From Octopus sinensis (Eukaryota): 64,000 bases of DNA. The notes below the pieces were generated by a model. The model ran no database searches. It was not told the origin of the DNA and saw only the letters and a list, made by a program, of their open reading frames with translations. Both the position numbers and the translations under genes were made by a program. This document shows, one piece after another, positions 1-12,544 of the stretch. Location: positions 17,794,001-17,858,000 of the forward strand of contig NC_043015.1 in assembly GCF_006345805.1 (NCBI RefSeq), in the 5' to 3' direction. How positions within the stretch are numbered: position 1 is the first letter of the stretch; every line of letters begins with the position of its first letter.

Positions 1-449
1 TTGTCTTCCCTGTTGGATGAAATGGATATTTACACGTTTTTAGTCAGTTGTTAATTTGAACATCCATAGATTAATATCTGCATAAAATATTAACACATAT
101 GGAATCCCAAAGGGTTGCAGTTTTGGGAAAAAATAACTAGGTAAAGTATTCAATGCAGAGTCTGAGTGAGATTGGGGAAAACAGAAGTGACAAATGTGAG
201 GAATGAATGTTCATATTTCTAGCTCAAAGGAGCAGAGGCCACTTACGGTGTTAATAGAAATGACAGAAAAAAGAATATGCGAGCCAGTGATTTTAAGTGT
301 GTTGGTGTTTGGACATTTTATGTGTACTAGTAACAAATCTAGATATATCATTGATACTCCATTGTGTACTGGTATCACAGCACTACATGTCAATTGTACC
401 AATGGTACTCTGTTGTGAGTCTTACATATGCTGTACAGAGGATCAATAA

Positions 450-960
450 CTGATCAAAACTGAGGGATTTCCTGGCCATTAAGATTAAACTTAGTCTTAG
501 AGATTTGATTTCGATGATTTCATATTTAGAAGGTTACCTTGAGAGATTATTGGTTTATGCTCTTCTTTTGCTGAACAAACCACACTTCCCTAGCTGTCCT
601 TTTGCTCATCTACCAATCCTGATTGAGCAACATAGGCAGAGATAAATGTTGCTGTTGTATTTTTCAAGACAAATCTAAGGTTAATTATCCTGTCACACAC
701 TCTTTCTTAATCAGTTCATCTATCCATTTTTTTTTTGTTCAAAGTATGCCAACTTCCTTCACAGCATCACTATCATCTACCCAGAAGAATTTGTACCCAT
801 GTCCCTTGCCTGTGAGGAGTCTGGTTAAAGCTCTCCTCTATCATACCTTTTGCATACAGCTCATGTCTACTACATGCCTCTGTTCTAGCATTGTACCAAT
901 CTCACCAGACCAACCTTTCATTATGCTTATGTTGATTGGGGCTGCTTTAAAGTTGTAAAC
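450..960 (-). mobile_element. Degenerate RTE-clade LINE, 5' endonuclease fragment
   Basis: Minus-strand peptides MKGWSGEIGTMLEQRHVVDMSCMQKV and LTGKGHGYKFFW align with the endonuclease N-terminus of the RTE copy at 32.3 kb (LKGRSSEIVEMLEMRRVNICCIQEV, LTGKAHRHKVFW). Boundaries approximate. Confidence 0.65.
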
Positions 961-1479
961 TTGACAGGAAGAGCAAGTAGAGAGCTGGTGGACAACTTTC
1001 ACTAGTTGAAGAGAAAGTTTGTGGAAATGTTTGCTTGCAGGCAGATAGTTCTGGTGCATAATCAGACAGTCAAATATTTTTACCACTCAATTGAACCACT
1101 AATTCCATAGGCCCACAAACATTCAAGGTCAAATAAGTAAATGAAAGCATAAAAAGGTTGTTATTGTGTAGAAAGGGGATATCATGCAAATCTAACATAA
1201 AGGTGGGGTAATAAGGGGAGAAAGGGAAGCGAAAAATACTGAAGAAGTTTCTAAAAGATTAATGAAGGTCATACTTAAAACTTGAATATATTACTTGAAA
1301 ATTATACTTAAAATAAATATGTTTAACTACTGCATGTACATGTGGCCATATTTCTAAAAGGAAAAGATTATACTATTGGCAACAAATGAATTATGAATGA
1401 GAAAATGGGAGGCAGTGACAAACATTGAGCAAATATATTAAATATTTAAAGAAATAAAACAATCAGTACAACTTAGCTT

Positions 1480-2915
1480 TGTAGCAATATTGTTTTCTTC
1501 ATTGCTATCTTCACTGTTTGAGAAAAATATTAAGAATGATCTCGTTTGAGATTACAAACATCTTTGGCTAGTTTAACCGTGTTGTGTCCACTATTTTGAT
1601 TGGTTGGCATCTAAGCACAGTCTGTCTCTATACTTCGCGCCAGTGTGTAAACTGACCAATCACGGCTTTCGGATAGGACTTTTCATTTGAGCCATCTTAA
1701 CTCTTTAAATAGGTTGATCATATCACGATTCATGTCTTTTGGCTTAAGACCTTCTAAGGTTTTGGTCGGAGACCACACAACACAGAGCTTACTCAACCAT
1801 ATTCCAGTTTGAAAGGCAGACGACAGCCAAGCCAAACCTAATATGAAGACGCTATTGTAAACTAAGCGACAGACATCACGTCGGGGTCACCACTTATGTT
1901 AGAATATGATCGCACGAGAGGGAGTTTTGGTGACATATTTTCTCCTCTTATTCAACAGCGTCCGGCCGCATCCCAACATAACATAACTTAATGTTATATA
2001 AGCCATAATACATATTTAATATACAGTGCGAAAGTAAATATATAAAGGAATGCCAAAAACCGTTCTACTATTATAAAGAGAAGATAGATTTTATTCACAG
2101 TGTACAAAGTGATTTGTTGTTATTAGTGTAGTATTGTGTCTTAGATGCATGCTTAATATATTTGTGTCTGTGTGTTTGTGTGTGCGACAAAAGTACAGAA
2201 ATAAGGTTTATGCAAATACAACAGAGCATAAAAGAAATCTCAACATTTTGAGTTTAAATGAAGTTACTTTAGAGTTATTTTACCAGTTCATGTAGTACAC
2301 GATAATGAGTTCTATACAAGATTTGAGTCTCGGAGCTGAGATTAGTTAAGTCACTTGTTGTGCATATTTTTCTCTTGATATAGATATTCTTTCAGATATA
2401 TATACTGCAACTGTTTTTTCGTGGTGAGATTTTCACACTAACAGCATGAGTTGAATCTGTATTTATCTTGTGTACAAGTTAAATCTTCGCAGATGGAGAC
2501 GATGTTGGTGATGACGTTATGTCTGTCGCTTGGTTTACTATAGTGTCTTCATATTAGGTTTGGCTTGGCTGTCGTCTGCCTTTTGAACTGGAACATGGTT
2601 GAGTAAGCTCTGTGTTGTGTGGTCTCCGACCAAGACCTTAGAAGGTCTTAAACCAAAAGACATGAATCGTGATATGATCAGCCTATTTAAAGAGTTAAGA
2701 TGGCTCAAATAAAAAGTCCTATCCGAAAGCCGTGATTGGTCAGTTTACACACTGGCGCGAAGTATAGAGACAGACCGCGCTTAGATGCTAACCAATCAAA
2801 ATAGTGGACACAACACGGTTAAACTAGCCAAAGATGTTTGTAATCTCAAACGAGATCATTCTTAATATTTTTCTCAAACAGTGAAGATAGCAATGAAGAA
2901 AACAATATTGCTACA
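1480..2915 (-). mobile_element. Gypsy-LTR-derived fold-back element: LTR (2915-1897) + tRNA-Trp PBS + inverted 395-bp copy of the LTR 5' end
   Basis: 1480-1874 is the reverse complement of 2521-2915. Termini TGTAGC..GCTACA, TSD GCTT (1476-1479, 2916-2919). 1897-2915 is homologous to the LTRs at 6961-8004 and 58086-58808. Confidence 0.88.
1875..1892 (-). other. Primer-binding site complementary to the 3' 18 nt of tRNA-Trp
   Basis: + strand ATCACGTCGGGGTCACCA equals the 3' end (incl. CCA) of metazoan tRNA-Trp. On the minus strand it follows the LTR end ..CTAACA after a 4-nt spacer. Confidence 0.88.
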
Positions 2916-2994
2916 GCTTCATTGATATTTGTGTATATATACGGGATTTTTGATATTTGTGTATATATATGGGATGTTTGATATTTGTGTGTAT

Positions 2995-3590
2995 ATACGG
3001 GATGTTCAGGCTAAATTTGACAGCTTGCATATAAGGAAAACAAAACACAATATCTCATCCAAAACTAAAGTATTTTAGAAGTCAAAAAATATCAACTAGA
3101 TTTTGGCTGGGAAATAACAGTTTACTCAAAATAGCCTCAAGATGATTTTGAAATCTGGCACATGCATTCCTCACTGTGTCCCAGGGAAAAAAATTTTGAA
3201 CACCTTGATCTTGGTCACCAGCTCAGCCTTGGTTTTACAGGCAGAGCAATTAATGTCTTTCTCAACTGTGCTTCACACAATAATCCATGGAATTGCAATT
3301 GGGAGAATTAGGAGGCCAGAAATTGGTGCTGATGGAGTCATAGAAATTCTCTGACAACCAGACACTTTTCAGAGGTATGACAAAGATCCAAATCCTGTTG
3401 CCACACAAATAGCCTTCCAGCAACAACCCACTTCAGTGAAGGTTTGACTAGTCTCCAGCAGCTTCACATAGCTGTCTGAATTGAGTTTAGCCCTTTTCAT
3501 CAATTGTTGAATAAATTCTGACTTGCAGAACACCCACTGGCTATGACTCCATAGTCTCCATTGCAGCAGTTCATGTCACATCATAAAGCC
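2995..3590 (-). mobile_element. Degenerate Tc1/mariner-superfamily (maT/DD37D-like) transposon remnant
   Basis: Minus-strand NFWPPNSPNCNSMDY (WPxxSPDLNPxD motif) near 3283-3325; many disablements; boundaries approximate. Confidence 0.6.
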
Positions 3591-3744
3591 TTTACAGGGT
3601 TGACAGAGCATTGAGCTGCATGAGTCAACATTTTGATACTTGGCTGAATCAGCATGATACAGGTAGCACTTTTCCAATATTTAGATGGCTTCCAGTCCTC
3701 CATGTCAGCTAACTTTTTATCAACTGCTACTTTAATCAATATCC

Positions 3745-4292
3745 ATAGCTGAAATGCGAAAAATTTGTTTGTCTCATTTTGGGGTGGGAACGGTTTAAGG
3801 GCCGGTAGATGGGGTCGGATTGGCTCCAAAATTTACAGGGACATGTAAAAAGAGGTGAGGAAGCGACTGGACTTGGTTAGAAACCCCCTATCTCAAAAAC
3901 TGTGGGTGTAAAAATTTGGGGGATTTTGGAAAGGGGGGTAAAATTTTTCAACTTTTAAAAAGAGTACATTTTTGCCCTATTTTTAGATTTTATTTTTTTC
4001 TGTTTGCATTATATGGTTGACATGGGTTAAAATGGCATTGTGTTAAAGGCCAAAATTTTAGCTTTCATTTGCATCATGAACCGTCAAAATATACCAGAAA
4101 AAAGTATCAAATTTCACTAAATTTTAAGTAATTTTGAATTATTTTTGTGATTTTACGTAAGAGAGTGGGAAAGTGAGAGAGAAAGGAGAGAGAAACAAAG
4201 AGGGAGAACATGGCGATAAGAAACAGAAAGAAAGCTACAGAAAGTAACAACCACACACTCACCCGCATGTAGAGTGGGTCACCTTAAGCTAG
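3745..4292 (+). mobile_element. Non-autonomous Helitron-like fragment (3' end)
   Basis: Hairpin ACCCGC..GTGGGT followed by CTAG|T at about 4289-4293; 5' boundary uncertain. Confidence 0.5.
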
Positions 4293-4758
4293 TCTTCCTC
4301 TAATAAAACAAAGTTATCTCTCCTCCATTTATCACTTTGTCAACTAGTATTGATTCCAATGCCTTGTTATCTTCATATTAATGTTCTACATTTTATCATT
4401 TTTACAATTCACTGTCCAAATAGATTCTCTTTTTCCAGCAGTGAGTTTTTCAAAATTAATTTTTGTGACCCATATCTTTAGCTAAACTTGTATATGATAG
4501 ATTTATTCAATCCTAACCTTAACCCAAAACCATCAACTGTTCACCAATACATGAAGCTGTTCCTGAAAAAAGGAAACAAAATATCATAAAATTTACCCTG
4601 AACACTTTGTATACACACACACACATACACACCACATAGTTTGCTATAGTTACAATTCAACTGACGAAAACAAAATGGAAGCTTCATCAAATCTTCCCCA
4701 CCCTCTTTTTTCATACTTTTTATGTTTGAGCCAACAATGTATTTTTTGTATTGTTTAG

Positions 4759-4902
4759 ATCCCTCAGTCTGGCTATCTTATATTAAGTGAAGAAGAGAAG
4801 AGGACATTAATTGCTGAAGGTTACCCTATCCCAGGGAAGTTGCCACTAACCAAGCAAGAAGAAAAAAATTTAAAGAAAATTCGCCGGAAAATAAAGAATA
4901 AG
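4759..4902 (+). CDS. CREB3L1: CREB3L1/CREB3L2 (CrebA/OASIS family) co-ortholog, internal exon: ATB domain and basic region
   Basis: ag|..|gt boundaries. [48 protein letters not shown] matches the CREB3L1/L2 signature. Upstream exons lie outside the window or were not recognised. Confidence 0.93.
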
Positions 4903-5650
4903 GTTCTTATTTCATTATTCAATAAAATTTCCCTGTCTCTTTGATAGGTGACTATCCAGATTCTTGTGACTGAGCGTTTTGAAATTTCAGTAATTAGAGA
5001 TTAGCTACTATGTCTTATAACCCATTACCATTTCTTCTACATGTTTATGTGTTAGTGTCTATTTGACAGATATTTTATTATTTTGATCAGTTGTAGTACA
5101 GTTAATGCATCATGTAAATAATCTTAAAACTATATTTCTATCAGACTGTTTAGGTGCAGCTGTCACTGTGTGATTAAGAAATTTTCTTTCCATCCACATG
5201 ATTTGGGGTTTACTCTCACTGCATGGTCCTAGGCTGATCAAAGCCTTGTAACTGGATTTAGTAGTCAAATTTGAAAGAAGTTTTTTTTTTTTGTGTGTGT
5301 ACATCTTTGTCTCCTTATCTTGATATTGCATGATAGGTGTAAACGAGTATTATTGCCATATAAGCAGTGCCATTCATTTCCAAAATTCTACAAAAACATG
5401 TCCTGTCATAGGGAATTATTACCTTGCTTGGAAACAGGTGAGTGTTTGTAACAGGAAGGACATCTAGCTGAAGGAAATCTGCCTCAGTAAACTTCATCCA
5501 ACCCATGTAAGCATGGAAAAGTGGATGTTAAACAATGAGGATAAAAAATAAATCAAAAGACAATACTTAGCTAAATTACATATACAATATATTATTTACA
5601 TTCAACCAATGTAATGCTCATCTAAGGTTATTTTTGGTTTTGACTCTCAG

Positions 5651-5709
5651 ATATCTGCTCAAGAAAGTCGAAGGAAGAAGAAAGAATATCTAGAAACTCT
5701 AGAGAAACA
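5651..5709 (+). CDS. CREB3L1: CREB3L1/2-like exon: bZIP basic region
   Basis: cag|ATA..CA|gtaagt; ISAQESRRKKKEYLETLEK, in phase with flanking exons. Confidence 0.95.
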
Positions 5710-6285
5710 GTAAGTTATATCTCTAAATTGTCTCTAATCTTCCATATAAGATGCAATATTCATTTGTCTATAAATTCTTCCCTGTTGTCATGCTTTCAAG
5801 ACAGACCTTTTATTTATCTTTTACTTTCTATTTCAACTTTCCAAATATAAGTTTAACATGAAAAATTTTGCTTGATGTTGTTGTCATGAAAATATCATTG
5901 ATGCAATGTCCCGAAACAGCGCTTTTCTGTAAACTGTAGGTGATTCATTATTTGAAATGCAAAGCCTTAATCTTTCTCTAATAAAACAAAGTTATCTCTC
6001 CTCCATTTATCACTTTCTCAACTAGCATTGATTCCAATGCCTTGTTACCTTCATATTAATGTTCTACACTTTATCATTTTTACAATTTACTGTTCAAATA
6101 GATTCTCTTTTTCCAGCACTGAGTTTTTCAAAATTAATTTTTTGCCACCCATTCTATAAAATTATGGCTTTGTTTGCAGACATCCAACCAGGTTCTGAGT
6201 ATCTTTAGCTAAACTTGTATATGATAGATTTACTCAATTATTGATTAAAGTGACAAATAAAAGGTTTTAATCGCTTCTATTGCAG

Positions 6286-6354
6286 AGTTGAAGCATTCAC
6301 TCAAGAAAATGTGGACCTGAAAAAAAAAGTTGATTCTTTAGAGACTAACAACAG
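6286..6354 (+). CDS. CREB3L1: CREB3L1/2-like exon: leucine zipper
   Basis: tgcag|A..AG|gtatgt; QVEAFTQENVDLKKKVDSLETNNR. Confidence 0.93.
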
Positions 6355-6960
6355 GTATGTCATAAAGTGAAACCTGAATAATCTTCAGGGTGTTGATTGT
6401 ATTTAAATATACTCCTCAACCAAAATGGCCCCATAAGCAACACTTTGTGCATAAAACAACTACATAAGCTGCCTTTGTGAGTTCATCTCTCTTGCTCTCT
6501 CTCTCTTTCTCTCTCACACACACACATACACAACATAACTTTTAAATCTTCCTTCACACCAGCTGTTTTACCACCATTACTATGTACACACAGTTATCAA
6601 ATATAAAACTTACCTAATCCTATCAACCCTACAAAGTAACCAGTCCCAATAGTACCCATTCTTTCACCCTCTAATATTGCTCTCCAGAATTAGCTCCATT
6701 CTGTCTTCACTAAATTCATCAGTCTCTCTCTTCCTCTCCTCTCCCTCAATTGATACCAAGACAAGGAAGGAAATGACTGTGTATCATGGATCAGGACCAT
6801 CTTAATCACATAATTGGCCCCTGGACAAAACATTGCACTGAAGCCTCTACATATACATCTGCAGCATACATAAATTAGCATTGGGCCCTAGACCCACTTG
6901 GCTCTCAGGCCAAGTGTACCTGTGCTATCCCAGTTTTTAGTTACCACTCTATCACTCTCA

Positions 6961-8004
6961 TGTAGGGTTTTATACGACTGTACGTAAGGAGTTGGTGACA
7001 AATGTCTCCTTTTATACGCCACACGGTCGTTCCTTACATAATAAGAGAAGCCATATACATAATATAACATACAGTGCCAAAGGAATAAATGAGGGACAAC
7101 AAACTGTTCTATTGTTTGAGAGAGAAGAAGACTTTATTCACAATGTGTTCAAAGAGAATGTGTGTGAGTGCTAGCGATGTGTAATGTATGTGCGCATGCT
7201 ACAAGTGTTTGTGTCTGTGTGTTCGTGTGTGCGACAGATACAAATAAGGTGAATGTGTATTACAGAAATACAGAATTCAGAGCATAAGATAAGTTCTCAG
7301 CATATTGAGTTAAGATAGAGTTAGTTTACCAGTTCATGAGGTACACAATAGTAAGTTCTATAACAAGATGTTGGGGGTCTTGAGGCAGAGGCCAGTTGAG
7401 CGTATATGCAGTGGTTGGAGCCTCAATGCTGAGCCGAGTCTCTTGATATAGATATTTCTTTCAGATATACTGCAACTGTTTTCCTCGGTGAAAGATTCAC
7501 TAACAGCATGAGTTAAACTTGGTCGGTGTTGATGTGTACATGTTGTTGAAGTCGACGGAGATGGAGACGACGATGTTGATGATGGTGGTGGAGATTGGAG
7601 AACGTTCTGTTGCGGGTGTACATTAGCGTCGTCATAGCTGAAGCAGGAGCATGGCTGGCAGGTTGATCGTCTGTCGCTGGAACTGGAACATGGCTGAGTA
7701 GTTCTGTGGTCAGTGACTAGACTTTAAAAGGTCTGGAGCCGAAAGACCAAGAATAGTGAAAACAAGCTTATTTAAGGAGTTAAACTGGCTCAAAGAAGGG
7801 CATCTAAAGTAGGCCTTATCCGAAGGCCGTGATTGGTTGGCTTCACACCCTGGCACGAAATAAGTACAGAGATGAATCGCACCAAATGCCAACCAATCAG
7901 AGCAGTGGACACAACAGGGTCAAAATATCCAAAGATGGTTGTAATCTCAAACCAGATCATTCTTATTGTGTCTCTCAAAGAGTGAGGATATCAATATCGC
8001 TACA
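6961..8004 (-). mobile_element. Gypsy-type solo LTR in a CREB3L intron
   Basis: TGTAG..GCTACA termini, 4-bp TSD CTCA on both sides, no PBS or internal sequence; homologous to 1897-2915 and 58086-58808. Confidence 0.88.
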
Positions 8005-8885
8005 CTCAGTTACAATGTAGTAAACATCAACTCCCTGCCACACCAGGGAATATTTTCTCAGTAAAGTTTCTAAAAAACTGAGTTCAGTGGAATTGCTCCA
8101 ACATGACACACTTGGCTTCAGTACAACAGAATTTTATGAAAGTAAAGTTGTTGCCTTTCACAGCAATTAAGCTTTCAACAGCATCTGTCATGTGTTGTCC
8201 TCATATCTGATGTGCTTGTTTATCTCATTTAGTTTCTAAAGAAGCCTAAGTTCAAAGTTGCACTACATTGGAACATTCCTAAATGAAACTCACTGTTATG
8301 TAAAGAATGCTTTGTATTTATGAAACATATCTTTCACTACCTCATCCATTACCTCCAAGGCTTTTTTCAATCATCTCTTCCTGTTATCCTATATTTAATG
8401 ATTCTTTTCAAAGCACAAATATTCATACATAAACCCTCACTCACAAATATTGTCTGTCCCTTCAACTGCTTTTGTCTACTACATCTTCAACATACATTAT
8501 TCCCATTAGTCTCACCCATTCCGTCATGGAAGGCAGATGTTATATGATGATGAGGATGTCTCTTATCCTCCTTTCATCTCAATAGTGCCTCCCGCCACTA
8601 TTGTGCTTTTTCATTCCTGTCACTATTGTTTTCTCATTCCCACCACTATTGTTTCTTCCTCACTCCCATTGCTACTGTATTTTCTTATCCACAACTTTAC
8701 CCTTATGTCCTCTCTAACAATTTATTATATCGTCAAGTCAGTAATCTATATATATCCAATCTAAGAAGTTAAAAGGATATGGCTTGCCCTACACTTTCCT
8801 TCCTCCTCTTCTCAACTAACAAGAAATTCAACAACTTTAATACTTTTAGACTATTATTACTTAAAAAAGTTACTCTTCTCTGTAG

Positions 8886-8982
8886 GTCACTCATTGGTCA
8901 GTTACAGAAACTTCAAGCTCAGTGTGGGAAAATCCCACGATCCAGTTCAGCCTCTTCCACACAGACTGGGACTGTTCTCATG
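8886..8982 (+). CDS. CREB3L1: CREB3L1/2-like exon: zipper end to TM start
   Basis: tgtag|G..ATG|gtaagt; SLIGQLQKLQAQCGKIPRSSSASSTQTGTVLM (family motif TQTGTxLM). Confidence 0.93.
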
Positions 8983-9495
8983 GTAAGTGACATTCTCTTT
9001 TCTTGAAATATACCAATCTATTTCTTTATATCATTCCTCTGCTGAAATAATCAATTAACTCCCTATATAATTAACAGAATTAATCATTTAGAAACTATTT
9101 TAATTCTCTTTAATATCTTTTAACATTCTAAATTTCCCTAACCTAAACTAACTGCTAATATTATAGTTTTTGCTATTAACTGCTGCTAGCTTTGTTAATT
9201 TTTATCATTAATAGTTGCTACCTTTAATTTTCGTCAAAATTTCTGTTGAAAATTGTTTTTCAAGTTAAAAATATATCAGAATATGAAAATATTGTTAGTG
9301 TGCATATTTTCAGAATCTATATATGCAAATGAATACAAAGTAATATCTCTCTTAGAATATGTAAAATTTTCATCATAATATAGAACTGCTGATGATGTTT
9401 GGTGTAGAGGTCTGGAATGGCAGCTCCAGGCTACATCTGATTGTTTGATGAGAATTGAATTCCTAGTAATCTTAGATTGTTACTTTGCTATTCAG

Positions 9496-9679
9496 GTTGT
9501 CGTGCTGAGTTTTGCTGTCTTCCTCGGCAGTTGGGCACCAACATCTCTGAACATTGGTTACTCATCTCCATCGAATCAACCTGATATCTTCTATTCTAAT
9601 CCACGCCCTATGCATCCATCGCCTTCAATGGGGCCACAGTTGCAGAATGTCCGAGTGGCTGACTATCCATCACGTAGCA
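9496..9679 (+). CDS. CREB3L1: CREB3L1/2-like exon: transmembrane helix and luminal segment
   Basis: ttcag|GTT..A|gtaaat; VVVLSFAVFLGSW TM segment; phase-1 end fits the next exon. Confidence 0.88.
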
Positions 9680-10380
9680 GTAAATACCATTCTCTCCTTT
9701 TCATAGTTTCAGTAGTTTCTCTATCATTTGTTCACATGGCACAACAGTCAGAAACCTGCTAGTTAAAGCTGTTTAAAATTTTCTTAGAAATTGGTGTAGC
9801 ATTTTCTTCTTTTAAAGTGAGGTTTCATATTTTGGTTGTCTTCATAATTATTTGTATTTCTTAAAGAGCTTGTTTAGTGCTGTTTCTGAGAGAATAATCA
9901 AAGTAATTCCAAAAATATTGATGTTTGCCATCAACATTGTTTATAATTCGAAATTATTATAAGCCAAAAGTTTTTAATATTTTAAAAACAGAGGAAGAAC
10001 AATTTGTGAAATTTGGAGAAAACAAATATGCGAAGTTTATTACAATAAGATTAGTCGAGTATTATTGTAAAGTAAGTCTGAAGAATAAACAGACTACATT
10101 TTCGGTACCATTGCTATGTAGGAGTGTTTGAATTGTATTTGTGACCATGAAAATTGGATTTTTAATATATAAATCTGTTTGAACATTGTTATTAGTGATA
10201 TCTGTGTAATTTTTATTATTTTCTTCACAATAAACCTTTGATTTTATTCAAATGTGATAGAATCAATTATTTAGGAGTTTTTTCATTAAACTATTTTCTA
10301 AGTTTATTAAAACCTTCAAATCATAAAACAAGTCATAAAACAAACATTCTATGATGTAGTGAACAGCTTGTAATCAAATA

Positions 10381-12544
10381 CAGTGGTACCTTGACTTACA
10401 AGTGTCCCAGCTTGTAAGTTTTTTCTTTTTTTTTTGAGATAGGAATTGTCTTTTGGCCAATTTTTTGCTTTGAGTTGTTACCTAAAATTCGGATTACAAG
10501 CCAGGTTCAGATACCCCACTGCTTGTTGGCATAGTGAATGCCATAGTGAACACCATAACATCCACCCAGCATTCCATGTCTCACTCAATAGCTGGATAGA
10601 TATGCACGTTAGCAAGTGAGAAAATCATTAGTAGATCGATAGCTAGACAGACATACGAATTAGTAAGTGCAAAGATCATTAGTGGATCGTTAGCTGGACG
10701 GGTGTTAAAATACTTACTTAGTTGTTGCAGGCTACAGAAGAAGAATTAAAGAAAGAAATTTTCGAAAAACATTGCCAAAGTGTGCATGTAGTTGACTTGG
10801 TGAAGCAGTACCGAGGGTAGTACTTCTACGATCTGCACCATACTGAAGCAGAAGGAGTTGATAAAGGCTATAATGCCAGCCAAGGGTGTTAAAATAATTT
10901 CTAGACAGTGAACATCTATTCATGAAAATATGGAGAAGCTGCTGATGATGTGGTTGACAGAGAAGTAGCTGATAGGAGATACTGTGACGAAGGCTATAAT
11001 CTGAGAATGCATGAACTATTTATGCTGATTTGCTACAGCAGACTCCAGACATTTGTATGGACAGGGCATTGGGTGAACCATTTAAAGCTAGTTGGGGTTG
11101 GTTTAAGAATTTTAAAGGGAGGACCGGCATTCACCCCTTTGTCAGGCATAGTGAGGCAGTGAGAGCAGATATAAAGGCAGCTGAGGATTACCTCAAAGCT
11201 TTTGCCAGAATTACAGCAGCTGAAGGATACATCCCCCAGCAAGTCTTCAACTGTGATGAGACAGGTCGTTTTTGGAAGAAGATTCCAAGGAAGACTTATA
11301 AAATGACAGAAGAGAAGAGGATGCCAGGCCACAAACCCATGAAAAATAGGCTAACCCTCGCACTGTGTGCCAATGTGAGTGGCAACTGCAAGATTAAACC
11401 ACTGCTCATTTATTGCTCAGAAAACCCCAGAGCCTTTAAGTCACATAAGATTCTGAAAGAAAATCTGCCTTTCTCATCCTTCTCATCCTGGACAATGCAC
11501 CTGCTCACTCACCTAACTTCGAAGATATCCTTGAAGGGTTCAAGTTTATAAAGGTTCTATACCTTCCACCCAACACCACCCCTATCCTATAGCAGGAGAT
11601 TTTTAATTTCAAAAAGCTCTTCACCAAGCACTTGCTCCACTGCTGCTCTGAGGTAACAGAGAGCACAAACCTCACCATTCAAGAGTTCTTGAAGGACCAC
11701 TATAATATTGTGATATGCCTCAGAATTATTGATATGGCCTGATAGGATGTTACAAAGAGGACCTTGACCTCTGTGTGGAAGAAGCTATGGCCTGAGGTTG
11801 TGTCTGAAACAGACTTTGAAAGACTTGAACCTGAAGCAGCAGTGGTGGAGGAGATTGTATCCCCCAACAGGTCCATGAGCCTGGACATGGATGAAGGAGA
11901 CATCAATGAACTACAGACACAGCAGCACATGGAAGTTTTGTAGGAAACGGGTGATGTGGAGGAGATGGATGAGGTTATCTCTACAAGTGCGATAAAGGAA
12001 ATGTTGGGAATGTGGGAGAAACTTTCAGACTTTATTCAAAAGAAACCCCAGAAAAAGTTGCAACTGGGCAAGTGACAGTGCTATTTAATGACACTTGCCT
12101 GACTCATTTCAAAACTACACTGAAAGTGAGGATGAAACACACCTTATTGGACAGGTTTTTATCAAAAACTCCTGGAGATGAAAGTGAGGAAAGTGTGGAG
12201 AAAAGGGCAAAAATTCAACAAATAAGATTCAGTTATTCAGTTTGGCCTTTCTCCTCCACCTCCGTCAACATGCTCAAGTTTTTTGATTTCCAAGGTAAAT
12301 GCTGTACATATTACTTAATAAAACCAGTTTATTGCAGTACATTCTATTGTATTGTTTTTTTTTATACAATATTCGTTATTTGTAAGTACATTTTTCTTAT
12401 TTAAAAACATGTAAGGAAAAAAATTGCAGTGTATTTAGTGGGGCCTGGAATGGATTAATGGTATTTCAATTCATTTCAATGGGGAAATTTGAGTTATGAG
12501 CTCCATCACGGAATGAATTAAACTCATAAGTCAAGGTACCACTG
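10381..12544 (+). mobile_element. Tigger/pogo DNA transposon, full length, transposase pseudogene
   Basis: TIRs CAGTGGTACCTTGACTTA / TAAGTCAAGGTACCACTG with TA TSD; FKASWGWFKNFK and QVFNCDETG motifs (ORF 11030-11551); stops and frameshifts. Confidence 0.93.

Larger units (their letters stand above)
4294..6237 (+). repeat. About 215-bp direct repeat, copies at 4294-4511 and 5972-6237
   Basis: Shared ctctaataaaacaaagttatctc..tatctttagctaaacttgtatatgatagattta; the second copy has about 50 extra bp. Confidence 0.85.

Noticed and set aside
1875-1892. tRNA-Trp gene
   Set aside because: Only the 3' 18 nt including CCA are present, next to an LTR end; it is a PBS.
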